DNA from: Eledone cirrhosa | Lineage: Eukaryota | NCBI GenBank assembly: GCA_964016885.1 | Contig: OZ024741.1 | Location: forward strand, 92,876,001-92,940,000 | Direction of reading: 5' to 3' | DNA length: 64,000 bases | In this document: in pieces, positions 22,913-34,897 of the stretch | Position numbering within the stretch: the first letter of the stretch is position 1 | Layout of the letters: each line of letters begins with the position of its first letter | Notes under the pieces: generated by a model | Database searches by the model: none | The model's input: the letters and a program-made list of their open reading frames with translations, nothing else | Told to the model about the DNA's origin: nothing | Translations under genes and position numbers: made by a program

Positions 22913-25900
22913 CATCATCATCATCATCATCGTCGTTTAATGTCCATATTCCACGCTCACATGGGTTTCGACGGGAGTTTTCCCACTTGAGGCAAGAGTG
23001 GTTGTCTTGCTCGCATAGGACTGTCTGGCGGGTTTTCTACGGCTGGATGCCCTTCCTAGCACCAACCACATTTACAGTGTGGAACTGGGAGGTTTTTACC
23101 GTGTTACCTACACAGCCACATTACAGCGTGGACTGTGTGTTTTTTTTTGTCGTGACACCTACATGACCTCGTTTGTTTCGGGCTGGATGTTGTGGTACCA
23201 ATATAACTTTACATTGAAAGGGGTGGTGTGGATGGGGTGGGGGTAGTGGGACGGGGGTGGATTATTTTAGAGGTGCCTACTGAATGTAGTAGGTATCACT
23301 TTGCACTTAGGTAAGGCGGGTCTTCTCTATTACAGTGTAGCGCCAAAGATCTCGGTCCAGTGACATTGTCTTGGAGAGGTGTAAGTGTGTGAGGTCAGAA
23401 TTTATCAAGTCGTCCCAGATTTTTCTGGGTCTGCCTACTCCATGGCTACCGTCTATTTTTATTGCCCTGCACTTTTTTATACAGCTGTCGTCTTTCATGT
23501 GCATCACGTGACCATACCAACGTAGTCTTCTCTCCAGTAAACAACATCTGATCCCTCTTATTTCTAATTTCTCCCTTAGTTCGTTTATGCTTTGCCGTTC
23601 ACGTATATTACTATTACACATCCAGCGGAGCATGCACCGGCCACATATAAAATTTATATTCTTAGTTAGCTTACCTGTGATCCCACTACATCTTTTATGT
23701 ACCCATACTTTGCATTTGGGACATAAAATGGAGTTTCTAACTACGCCTTTCCTACACACTGAGCATGGCCATTTCCCAGATGGGACCGGTGCCCTATTTT
23801 CCTTCCTACAAACTAGAACTTTAGTCTTAGACAAGTTAACTTTAAGGCCTTTTGATTCTAGGCCATGCTTCCATGTTTGGAATTTCTTCTCTAGTTCAGC
23901 CATTGATTCAGCTATGAGCGTTAGATCATCTGCATATAGGAGTTCCCATGGGCAGCCGGTCTTGAACTCCTCTATTATAGCGTGAAGGGCAATAATAAAT
24001 AGTAGGGGGCTAAGGACGGAGCCCTGATAAACACCAACTTTTACGCTAAACTCTTCACTATATTCGTTGTTAATTCTAACCTTGCTGACTGTTTCTTTAT
24101 ACATGGCTTGTATAGCTTTCACAAGCCATTCATCAACACCTAGTTTTCTAAGGGCCCACCAGATAATCGAGCGGGGTACTCTGTCAAAGGCTTTCTCCAA
24201 GTCAACAAAAGCTAAGTATAGGGGTTTACTTTTAGCTAGGTACTTCTCCTGTAGTTGTCGTACAATGAAAAGAGCATCTGTTGTACTTTTACCTGACACA
24301 AACCCGAACTGCATTTCGTCTAGATCAATTCGCTCTCTGATTAGTTGCGCTATTACTTTTTCTGTGACTTTCATGACCTGGTCAATTAATTTAATGCCTC
24401 TATAGTTTCCCCTATCTAGGGCATCACCTTTACCCTTGTAGCAGTTAATGATGATGCTGCTGCGCCAGTCCTTCGGAATGACCCCATTCTGTATGACTTG
24501 GTTTACTATCCGGGTGACCATAGTGTGTCCCACCGTTCCAGATGCTTTCAGCATTTCGGCAACTATTTCCGAAGGCCCGGCCGCCTTGCCCATCTTCATG
24601 TCTTTGATCGCCTTACTTATTATACTACCTTCAACTTGCACTGTTGGTCCCTCTATTGGGTCGATGTGGGGGAGACTGTCTTTCTCCCAATTATTCTCCT
24701 CATTTAGTAGCCTTTTGTAGTGACACTTCCAAGCTACCTTCTTATCAGCGTCAGTGATGGCAAGTACACCATCATCATCATTAAGGACACACTTCTCCCC
24801 GACAATATCACTGTTTTCCTTGACACATTGCCTAGCAATCCTGAACACCTCACGTTTTTGGTCCTCGCGTTGTAGAACATGCTTCAACTTTCTTTCCTCT
24901 GCTTCCCTTCTTGCGAAGTACACTTGTCTCCTAGCTTCCCTCCTGGCCACTTAATAGTCTTCTCTACTTCTCCCATCCCGCCATGCTTTCCAAGCCTGCT
25001 TTTTGGCCTTGATTGACCTCTCCACCTTACTGTTCCACCACCAAGTTACTCTCCTGCCTATAGGTCTGCTCCAGCCACAGGTTTCATCTGTTGCCTTCAG
25101 CAGGTTAGCTTTCAGGAATTCCCACTGTTCCTCTATATTGTACGAGTCTAATTGCTCTTCCTTACTGTCGAAAGCATCAAGTAATATGCTTTTAAATTTA
25201 TGACTAGCTGTGGGGTCCTTTAATTTCCATATTTTTCTCCTGAGGATAGTCCTCTTTTGTTGTCGAATACGTCTCGTCCTGACTATGAGGTCGCTAATTA
25301 TGAGTCTATGTTGAGACGTGCATTCATGGGGGGGGGGGGGGGGATTTAGTGTTTACAACAGACACTCTGTCACGTCTCCTGGTAAGGATATAATCTACCT
25401 GGCTTGTGTGTTCCCCCAATCTATAGGTGATCAAGTGATTGTCTCATTTTTTTAAGTTAGTGTTACAGATAGTTAGGTTATTTGCGTCACAGAATTCCAG
25501 GCTTCTGGAGCCTTCCTCATTTCTAGTACCAAACCCATAGCCTCCATGGATTCCGTCATACCCATCACAATGTTGTCCAACGTGACCATTTAGGTCGCCA
25601 GCAATAATTATATAGTCACTGTCGGTTATTTGGGAGGTAGTGAGCATCAGTGTCTCATAGAATCTGTCTTTTATAGTGCCGGGCAGTCCGGATTGGGGTG
25701 CGTACGCAGATATTACTGTCACCGTAGTTCTATTGAGGACAAGTCTTATTTTAATTATTCTGTCGTTCACTCTATTTACGTCTATTATATTATCTGCCCA
25801 CTTTTCTGCTACCATGATTCCTACCCCACCCAGCCCATTGTCATTTCCCACCCAGAAAAGCTTATAGCATCGTTCTTTACCCACGATGAATTTAGCAGAC

Positions 25901-25948
25901 CCACCCCTCCACCTGGTCTCTTGAATACAACAAACATCGACCTCCTTA
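22913..25948 (-). mobile_element. RTE-clade LINE, 5'-truncated (APE endonuclease + RT + PHD finger), disrupted
   Basis: ORF 25444..25884 carries APE motifs (SAYAPQ, GDLNGH; VDVCCIQETRW just upstream). ORF 23307..24950 is RT (GVYQGSVLSPLLF, YADD). ~370-bp 3' UTR and (GAT)n tail; stop at ~24952; G-run at ~25328; possible TSD atatataatt. Confidence 0.95.
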
Positions 25949-25991
25949 CGTTATATATATAATTAATTAAAAGTTGGTTAGAAGCGAAGTC

Positions 25992-26327
25992 AATGCAGAC
26001 AGGCAGACATACAGACAGATATTATAAGTGTGCGACGTTATAGCTATGTATCTATCTAAAAAATAGATACATAGAGAATGTCTGTCTGTCTGACTCCCTA
26101 AAACTCGAGAACCACTCAACCGATTTTTTTCAAACTTTACACATGTAATACTTATGGTCATGTGAGTGTTTTGAGCAAAAAATATTTCAAATTTTTAATG
26201 CCCTAGGGACCGTATTAGGCGCCGGTTAGCGATCTCTCTATCTTTCTTAGTCTGGCTTTTTAGATAGATACATAGCTATAACGTTGCGCCCTTGTAATAT
26301 CTGTCTGTATGTCTGGCTGTCTGCATT
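25992..26327. repeat. ~70-bp inverted repeat around a Helitron/HINE-like head
   Basis: 25992-26062 is the near reverse complement of 26257-26327. The interior has tgtctgtctgtctg...accactcaaccgattttt, typical of non-autonomous Helentron-like elements. Confidence 0.6.
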
Positions 26328-27060
26328 ACGACATTATGACAAACATTGTTCTTATTGCTGACGTATTATCTTCGCTTTTTTCCATTCATTGCCAGGGAAT
26401 GTCTTCACGAACCAAAGTATCGTTTTCCTGTTTTCCTTCGGTAGCAACGTTTTTCGAAATATTTACTTCTGCGTTCACAGATTGATTTTTTTAGTTTCAG
26501 AAGATCCCGTTAAGGGTGAAAGCAGCGATTCTTTGTGTACATACCCACATATGTACACATACCAACCTACCACAGTATTCAGCTCTTATAACCCCCTATC
26601 CCCTTTTGAACTATTGACCACTACATTAAATAATACAGTCACAGCATATTTTTCACATCAACAAAACAACTTCTCATTCGCAGCCAACTTTTCAGGAAGC
26701 ATGATGGAAGAAATTTTACTTAAACATTCGATTTTGATTTTAATTTTAAACCTTTCTTTACTCCTACCAACTCTTTTTAATTAACTTTTTTCACTGAATT
26801 TGACAAGATGGATCATAATATATCGAAACTGGTAATTTTCTCATATACTAAAAAAAATTTTTAAAAAGAATTGTCCCTCTCTTTTTTTAATAACATTATC
26901 ATTTTAATAATACTTTCTTTTCAATAATGTCACTTTGACGAATCAAAAAAGAAAAACAGACCCTTAAATATATCTCCCGTGCTATTTCCAACTTCATCTT
27001 TTCTCTATATCCACTGTTTTGTATAGAACCTCACTTCCCTTTATATATATATATATATTT

Positions 27061-27840
27061 ATACGCAGACTAGAGAGGAACGAAGCTATACGCAGACTAG
27101 AGAGGAACGAAGCTTATACGCAGACTAGAGAGGAACGAAGCTTGCATGCTCCGCTGGATGTGTAACAGTAATATACGTGAACGGCAAAGCATAAACGAAC
27201 TAAGGAAAAAATTAGAGATAAGAGGGATCAGATGTTGTTTACTCGAGAGAAGACTGCGTTGGTATGGACACGTGATGCGCATGAAAGTCGATAGCTGTAT
27301 AACAAAGTGCAGGGCAATAAAGATAGACGGTAGCCACGGAATAGGCAGACCTAGAAAAACATGGGATGAGCTGATAAACTCCGACCTCACACACTTACAC
27401 CTCTCCAAGACAATGTCACTGGACCGAGACCTTTGGCGGTACTCAGTAACAGAGAAGACCCGCCTTGCCAGTAGGCATCTCTAACAAAATACACCCCGTC
27501 CCGCCACCACCCCCACCCCATCCACACCACCCCGTTCTATGTAAAGTTATGTTGGTGTCGCGCCATCCAGGCTGAAACAAATGAGATCGTGTAGGTGTCA
27601 CGACAAAAAAACACACAGTCCACGCTGTAATGTGGCCGTGTAGGCAACACGGTAAAAACCTCCCAGACCCACACTGTAAATGTGGTTGGTGTTAGGAAGG
27701 GCATCCAACTGTAGAAAACCTGCCAGACAGTCCTATGCGAGCAAGACAATCACTCTTGCCTCAAGTGGGACTACCCCCGTCCAAACCCATGCAAGCGTGG
27801 AACACGGACGTTAAACGTTGATGATGATGATGATGATGAT
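27061..27840 (+). mobile_element. RTE LINE 3' fragment
   Basis: ORF 27146..27484 (MLRWMC...RRLRWYGHV), 3' UTR and (GAT)n tail; inserted in (TA)n; 27-bp triplication at the 5' end. Confidence 0.93.
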
Positions 27841-28352
27841 ATATATATATATATATATATACATAAAGTTGTAGATCCTGTCTGTTTGTTTGTTTGTTTG
27901 GAGATAGACCCCCATAACTATATATATTCTGAAACTACATTTCCCATTGTACTTGGATAAGTATATTTCATTTTAATCAAAGGGTTCCCTGGGGGCACAA
28001 ACCCCCGCTGAAAATGTTTTCCCTTCGATTTATATGAAATTTAAACCATAGGTAAATGACAAGATATGATGCCTATTCACAAAAGTTTTGAATTGATATT
28101 TTGAAACAAATTATTTACAAGAAACAAAATAAAAATAAGATGTAATTTTGATTTGATATATTACAAAAAATAATGTTTTCCAATTTTTCATGCATTACAT
28201 TTTACATTGAGTAATATTGAAATGCAGAGTTTTTCTCCATAAATTATATCACTGATGTAAAATTAATCATCATTTTCTTACAAAAAAAATGTGTGAAATA
28301 TAGCAAGGTGCAGGTAATTCGGCTGGTATATATATATATATATATATATATA

Positions 28353-28821
28353 TGAAGCGAAGCTGGTTTGTAGTTATCGTTAGAAGAAATAACACAAATA
28401 GCTGGTTTACTTTTGATATAAAAGATTTACTTCACTTCACTTCATAACTGAACAAAGAATAGGTTACTAAGAGTTATAACTGTTGAAGATGTTTTGACGT
28501 TGCTTTATGATGCTGGTGTTGCCTGTGACCAGAGAAGGTGAGAAGTCTGTAGACCAAGAGAGAGAGAGCAAAGGTTTGTAGAAGTCTGTAGACTCCAGGG
28601 GCCTGTAGTTAGAGGTGAATGTTTTGCATAGTTATTCTCTCGTGCACTGCTCCGATCTCCCCCATTGCTTGGTCTGATATAGGCTATTTATACCTGTCGT
28701 TTTCTGTTTCCCGCCTTGAGGGATAGCATACGCATGAACTTGTTTACGCCGAAAAAGAGGTGACCCGGAATTTGACCTTTCTGTGTTACCCAGTGTTCAA
28801 GTGTGGACAGATTTCGCTACA
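28353..28821 (-). mobile_element. Candidate solo LTR (469 bp)
   Basis: Termini TGAAGCGAA...TTCGCTACA (TG..CA, inverted, one mismatch) within (TA)n. Minus-strand TATAAATA at ~28686 and AGTAAA signals at ~28406/28426. Confidence 0.6.
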
Positions 28822-29312
28822 TATATATAGGAAATGAGTCAGGACCCCGACGGCTGAGCTCCAGCCGTTTCAACAGTTGGATCCAAACTATTCAGATCCT
28901 GCTGTCGAAATGGCCGGAGCTCAGTCGTCGGGGTCCTAACTCTTTTCCTATTACCCACTCTACTACCCTAAGTATCGAGTACTCTGATGCATTATGGTCC
29001 ACCTGGTTTCTTACCACATTTTCTTTGTTATATATATATATCATCATTTAACATCCATCTTCCACGCTAGCATGGGTTAGATGGTTTTGTTCCATTTGAT
29101 ACGGGAATGGTCGGGAGTTCGTGTCTTGCTCGTACGGAAGTGTCTCTAGCAGGTTTTTTTACAGCTGGATGCCCTTCCTAACACAAAACCACATTTACAT
29201 ATATATATGTGTGTGTATAATGTATATATATAAGGTAAAAATGTGTTAGTTAATCACCGACTCTATATATGTATATCTGTTTTATCCATTCATTATTTAT
29301 TTATTTCCACAG

Positions 29313-29513
29313 GCCTACTGGATTGGTCCACTAGCTGGCAGTATCATAGGGGCCGTTTCATATGACAAGATATTCTCAACCAGGAAAGCCGACAGCATTT
29401 CATTCCATTGTTGCGTAAGAAAACGAGAAAAGAGGCGTAGCTTGACAAACAGTACAAGTGCTGAAGATATAGCAATGAAAGACGATATTATAACTGATGT
29501 TGATGGAGTGTGA
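29313..29513 (+). CDS. Aquaporin (AQP4-like), last coding exon (TM6 + C-tail)
   Basis: ttccacag| AYWIGPLAGSIIGAVSYDKIFSTRKADSISFHCCVRKREKRRSLTNSTSAEDIAMKDDIITDVDGV*. Joins in phase to give the MIP signature HW-AYWIGP. Not in the ORF track. Confidence 0.93.
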   Translation, partial: AYWIGPLAGSIIGAVSYDKIFSTRKADSISFHCCVRKREKRRSLTNSTSAEDIAMKDDIITDVDGV

Positions 29514-30449
29514 TAATTCGTCGTTTTTCCAATATATAAAGAGACTTTTCAAAAATGTTGTCACTGTACATTGACATCAGACACCAATGGATTTTAGTCT
29601 CTCATTAGAATAAACCAGCCATTTTGTTAATTTTATAACCCTTCACAACACGTTTTTTTTTTATATTTAATGTTTTTTATGTACCAAACTGACTGAAACT
29701 GTCCCCCGATTCTATGATACAAAACTGTTTATTTTAAAGTGTTTGTATTTACCTAAAAATCTGCCTTAAACCACATTTGATTCTATGAGACAAAGTTATT
29801 TATTTTAAAGTGTTTATATTCATCTTAAAACCTTACACCATAATTTTATGTAAAACGCTTTATTTTCGGTGGATAAAAAAGTTAAATAATGAAAAAGTTA
29901 GTTATATTACTAAATCCTTACAAATTCTTGGTTATTTTCAAAACTATTTGTAAATGATAGACAGTGTCTTTTATTAGAAATATGGTAACAAAATGATTGA
30001 ATAAAAAAAACTTCCCCAAAAAATATTTAAGTCTTTTGATATGAAGCTGAATTTGGCTGTATGATACAAAACTGTTTATCATAAAGTGTTTATAGTTATC
30101 CAAAACCCTTTCATCATAATTTGATGTAAGAATCTTTGACAAGTTATGTTCCAAACACCAACTTAACAAAATAATAAAGTTAACTATATTTCTAAATTCT
30201 TCCAAATTCTAGATAATTTTCAAAATTATTTGAAAATTATAAGTATTGTCTTTTATTAGAAATGTGGAAATGAGTGAGTTAATTAAAAAGCAATTTTCCC
30301 AAAAAAATGAATAAAATTAATATTTGATATTTTTCGTAAAGAAAATATTACTCTGTAATATTGTATTTTAGCCCTTAAATATGTAGCTTATGACATAACA
30401 TTCATGAATGGTACCTATGTACCCAACATGCACTTCCTCCTCACCAGCA

Positions 30450-30780
30450 CTTAAACCTTTTGATACTAGGCCAACCAAAATTGGCTCAATTTCTATGAAA
30501 TAAAGTCACCAATTTTAAAGGATTCCTATTTAAATTAAAATCTTCCATCATAATTTTATATAAAAATTAAACAGGCCAAAATTGGCTGTTTCTATGAAAC
30601 AAAACTACCCCTTTTAAAAAGTTCTTGTTTAAATTAAAACCTTCCAGCATAATTTTGTATAAGAACTAAACCAGCCCAAATTGGATGTTTCTATTTAACA
30701 AAACCACCCACTTTAAAGGCTTCCTTTTTAAATTAAAACATTTCACTATAATTTTATATAACAACCATTTGTGAAATTAC
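30450..30780 (+). repeat. Three ~100-bp tandem copies of the MITE family-1 left portion
   Basis: ccaaaattgg...ttctatgaaa...ttttaaa...aaattaaaa..ttcca.cataatttt recurs at ~30475, ~30575 and ~30676. Confidence 0.7.
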
Positions 30781-31364
30781 TATCTTAGTAAATTGCACAA
30801 AATGTTTCACTAATTAATTGAAATAGAGTATATTTCATTCAAAATACAGTCACAAAAGGTCTTTTTTGTTCATTTTTCAGAGCACATTATCATCATCATC
30901 TCCACTGTTTTACATCCATTTTTCCATGTTTGCATGGGTTGGACAGGTCTTTTCCAGCACAGCATCTCTCCACTCATCATGGTCCTTTGTTGACCTGACT
31001 GTGAGAATCAGTGATTTGAAATCAGCTTTCACGACCTCTGCGCAGGCCTTCCTTGGCCTCCCTCAACTGTAGATCCCTTCTACTGTGATTTCATGGCACT
31101 GCTTCACCCAACAAGTGGAATTTCAACATTAGGGCTCTGAGAAACAAACAGAGGAGGTAGAATCAGTGCTGATATTCATAAATGTTTTACATTTTTATGT
31201 ATCCAAATATTTTGTCTGTTTTTTTATTCTTATGATCCTTTCAGAATTATACCATGACTCAATTAGGCTTGCAAACCTTAGGTTAGGAAATGCAGGAACA
31301 AACACTTAAATTAACAGATAAAGCATATTTTCAAAACTATATCATGACACAATTTTTTATATTA

Positions 31365-31497
31365 TAATTGTTTCTACTTTTGGCACAAGGCCAGCAATTA
31401 CCCAGTGCATTACTGGTACTTTATTTTATCGACCCCGTAAGGATGAAAGGCAAAGTTAACCTCGGCGGGATTTGAACTCCGATCCCGCCGAGGTTAA
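31365..31497 (-). mobile_element. 5'-truncated tRNA-derived SINE with fold-back end
   Basis: Reverse complement of the 52.0-52.2k SINE up to the B box, followed by a 16-bp inverted copy. Confidence 0.85.
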
Positions 31498-32289
31498 TAA
31501 CAAATCTATATATATATATATAAAATTCTTTGTCTCTCTGTCTTTTCCTTATGCATTCCCAAATGGCTCAACCAAATCAAATTTTACAAGATAACAGTAT
31601 TAGATGCCGGAAGTGACAACATATAATTTTTATTTCATTTGGATTAAAATAATATAACACTTTCATCATCACCGTTTTACGTCCGTTCGTCCACGCTAGC
31701 ATGGGTTAGACGAGTTGTCCTGTTGTGGGCAGTGTCCGGTCGGCTGACCTTATCTTGCTCATACAGGAACTGATTCTGGCTTGATTTCTACAGCTGGATG
31801 CCCTTCCTAACACCAACCTCATTTACAGTGAGTGCTGGGTGCTTTTTTTAACATGGTGCCTACACATCCATTTTAGTGTGGGCTGGGTGCTTTTTTGCCG
31901 TGGCACCTCCACGACCACATTGCAGTGTGGGGGGGGGGGGCATATTCTCTGTATGCTTCAGCTTTGGCTTGTACCCATGGGAAGTCAGATGGGTCTTTTG
32001 TGTTACTGTGTGACTTTATCTAAAATAATCAACTATAGACAAGTAAACGAATATTTTATAATACGTCACATTTTGTATGTGTGTGTGTGTGTGTCTGTGA
32101 GTGTGTTTCTGCATTCATTACATATGTTACGCCTTAGTAAGTTACATACACACACATCTTCACATAAATACCTAATCAGATAGACAGAATTAAACACACG
32201 ATTCAGACGCTGGTTTACACATACACATGTGCACATGCGCATGCACACACACACATTTATATGAAATTATCTATATCTACATATAATAT

Positions 32290-32826
32290 AAGATATTGGA
32301 ACTTCCATCTTGCTTTTGAGAAACATGGACCCACTATTTCTATGCAATGGCACACACTTTACAGCCAGGAGGATGCGGAACCATCTCCTAGAGGTCACTA
32401 TTCTTGGAGGCAATCATCAAGGAGAAAAATACATTTATTCCCAAGATTCCTCTTATCCCTTCCTCTACCGAGCTGCCATTCAAATTCTCGAGACTTCAGT
32501 TCCCTGTTAGAGCCAGTTTTACTATGACCCTAAATAAAGCTTAGACTCAAAGTCTCAAAGTTGTAGAATTGAATATAAGAGAATCAGTTTTTACCCATGG
32601 GCAGTTATATGTAGGTTGTTCACGAGTGGAAACACCTAGAAATGTTCATATATTATGCACTAAGAGTAAAACGAAGAATTTTTTTACTGTTTTTTTATTT
32701 CGTCACACACATCACGGTCTCGCCTCATACTGTAAACCAAACAAACATCTAATACAGTCATTTTCTCTTCTACCTGTCTTCTCTTATCATTTGTTTACCT
32801 GGGCAAAGCTAGGTACATCAACTAGT
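32290..32826 (+). mobile_element. Helitron 3' fragment (Pif1-like helicase C-terminus), degenerate
   Basis: FPVRASFTMTLNKA*TQSLKVVELNIRESVFTHGQLYVGCSRV matches Helitron helicase motifs (AMTINKSQGQ, HGQLYVAxSRV). Ends ctaggtacatcaaCTAGT. Confidence 0.85.
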
Positions 32827-33769
32827 ATTATATATATGACAAAATATATTTGATACGTAAAACTGATACTAATAACTGAAAAGACAGACACAAGACAACA
32901 CCATTGACAGAATTCTGGTATAAATGAAAGCATTGTAGAACATTTGCCCACACAAATCTTTTTGTCTTACATTTATATTCCCTGAATGTTTTTGGCTGAT
33001 CATAGCATGTGACAAACTGATAAAAAAAAAGCTATACAGTTATTATAATAAAGTTTATTATTATTACTGTTGTTGTTGTTATGTATTGTTTGTTTAGAAT
33101 ATATGAAAATTACTGGATCATTTACATAGTCAACACTCACCCATGCCAAACCATGTGATAAGTCATAACACAATGCAACTCTCTCCACCACTTTGGATAT
33201 TTCACAATGCTGCAGATGTTCAGTGATTTATTTATTGATTGCAGAAAATTATATATCTTATTTAATCATATAAATTTGTATAAAACTGGGATTCTTTAAA
33301 GATCAGTAATCCTTTAAGTTCTGTGCTCTTTGTAGTTACTTAGTTGGCCTTAATGCAGTGCTGGACTTACCTATAAACTAAATAAGCTATAGCTTGGGTA
33401 ACAGTTTTTATTCTTTAACACTAGCCGTTGTTCTAATAACACTTGCATTTACAACACTTACACATTTTTCCACTTGAACAGGACTGGAAATTCTGGCAAT
33501 TACTGGAGATAGCTGAATATCTATTATACTTCAAAAAGTTTCATAATGAAAGAAGACAAAATTAAGCATTAAACCCAGCCTCTATATCATTCTGACCACT
33601 GATTTACTATCAACTTTTCCCTTCTCTTTCCTACTTTTCCTTTCTCCTACATGTAATTTCACCCACAATTGTCTCTATCCCAGATGCACATACACACACA
33701 CTGACTTTTAGCATAGTTTGATCTCTACTTAGACACCCACAAAATTAGATTTATTATTAGTAGTAGAAG

Positions 33770-34340
33770 TAGATTGGCAGTATCATAGAGCAACAGACAC
33801 CATGATTTCTGGCATATAGTTACAGCTCTTTACAGTCTGAGCTCCAATTCCACTGAAGTTAACTTTGCCTTTCATTTTTACAGGGTCGATAGAACAAAGT
33901 ACCAGTAATGCACAGGGGTGGTATTAGTAGTAGCAGCAGCAGCAGCAGCAGTAGTTCAATGAATTGGCTATATCAGTAAAGCATCAAACAAAATGCTTTG
34001 CAGCATTTGTTCACATTCTTTACATTCTGAGTTCAAATCTTGCCACAGTCAAATCTGCCTTTCGGGATCAATTAAAATACAGTACTAGTCAAGTACTGAG
34101 ATAGATTTAAACGACTTTTCCCCTCCCCAAAAATTGTTGGCCCTATGCCTAAATCAGAAACCAATATAATTATTATTTAGGGTAGTGAATAGGCAAAAAT
34201 CGTTAGAACATCAGATAAATGCTTTGCAGCACATGATCCGGCTCTATGTTCTGAATTTAATCCTGCTGAGATTGGCGTTGCTTTTCATCCTCCTGGGATT
34301 CATAAAATTAAGTACCATTCAAGTACTGGGATTGATCGAA
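33770..34340 (+). mobile_element. Cluster of three old tRNA-derived SINEs
   Basis: Each has attggcagtatc...ctgagttcaaat...ttgcctttcat...aagtaccagt, diverged from the 52.0k copy. Confidence 0.7.
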
Positions 34341-34444
34341 CTATTTTGTTACCACATTTCTAATGAAACACCACTGCCTATGATTTTCAATTAATTTTGA
34401 AATAATCACATCAACTTAAAGAAAGTGAATCACAGAAATGACAG

Positions 34445-34897
34445 TTGAAGGGGAGTAAATCTTGTAACCTACATAAAGCTTGCAGGAGTTTTTTCCCTTG
34501 AATCCTTACACAAATTAGAATGCTTCACACTTTATCCTGTAGGTCGATTTGAACCTGCCAGTTTTGTGGGCTTCTTTGGCTTTAGGTAGTTTCAAGTTGC
34601 AGGTAACTATATTGTGGTCAGTTGACAGCTCAGCTCCTCTCTTAAAATAAACATCCAGCACAGAATCGAAGAGACCAGCAGACAATAACAAAATCAATTA
34701 CTGATCTCTGTCCCTGATTGTATATTTAAGTATGTCTCTGTACTGTAAAAAGGTGTTCATAACAGAGTCCATTGCTAGAACAGAAGTCTAATAAAGCCTC
34801 TCCATTCGTATTTTGATCGGGATTGCCACTCCTTCCAATCACTCTTTTCCATGTCAGGTGGTCAGTGGCAACATGTGCATTGAAGTCTCCCATTTCT
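34445..34897 (-). mobile_element. Old non-LTR (RTE-like) APE endonuclease fragment
   Basis: Minus strand GDFNAHVA...WKRVIG...LLDFC...VLDV..KRGAELSTDH.IV, with frameshifts. Confidence 0.75.

Noticed and set aside
25328-25342. Poly-G runs (also 21722-21741) as functional G-quadruplexes
   Set aside because: Simple homopolymers, one disrupting a dead RTE; expansion or sequencing error is equally likely.
23587-25962. Plus-strand ORFs over the RTE (also at 42-43k and 59-61k)
   Set aside because: Antisense shadows of the RTE ORF; they recur only because the element is repeated.
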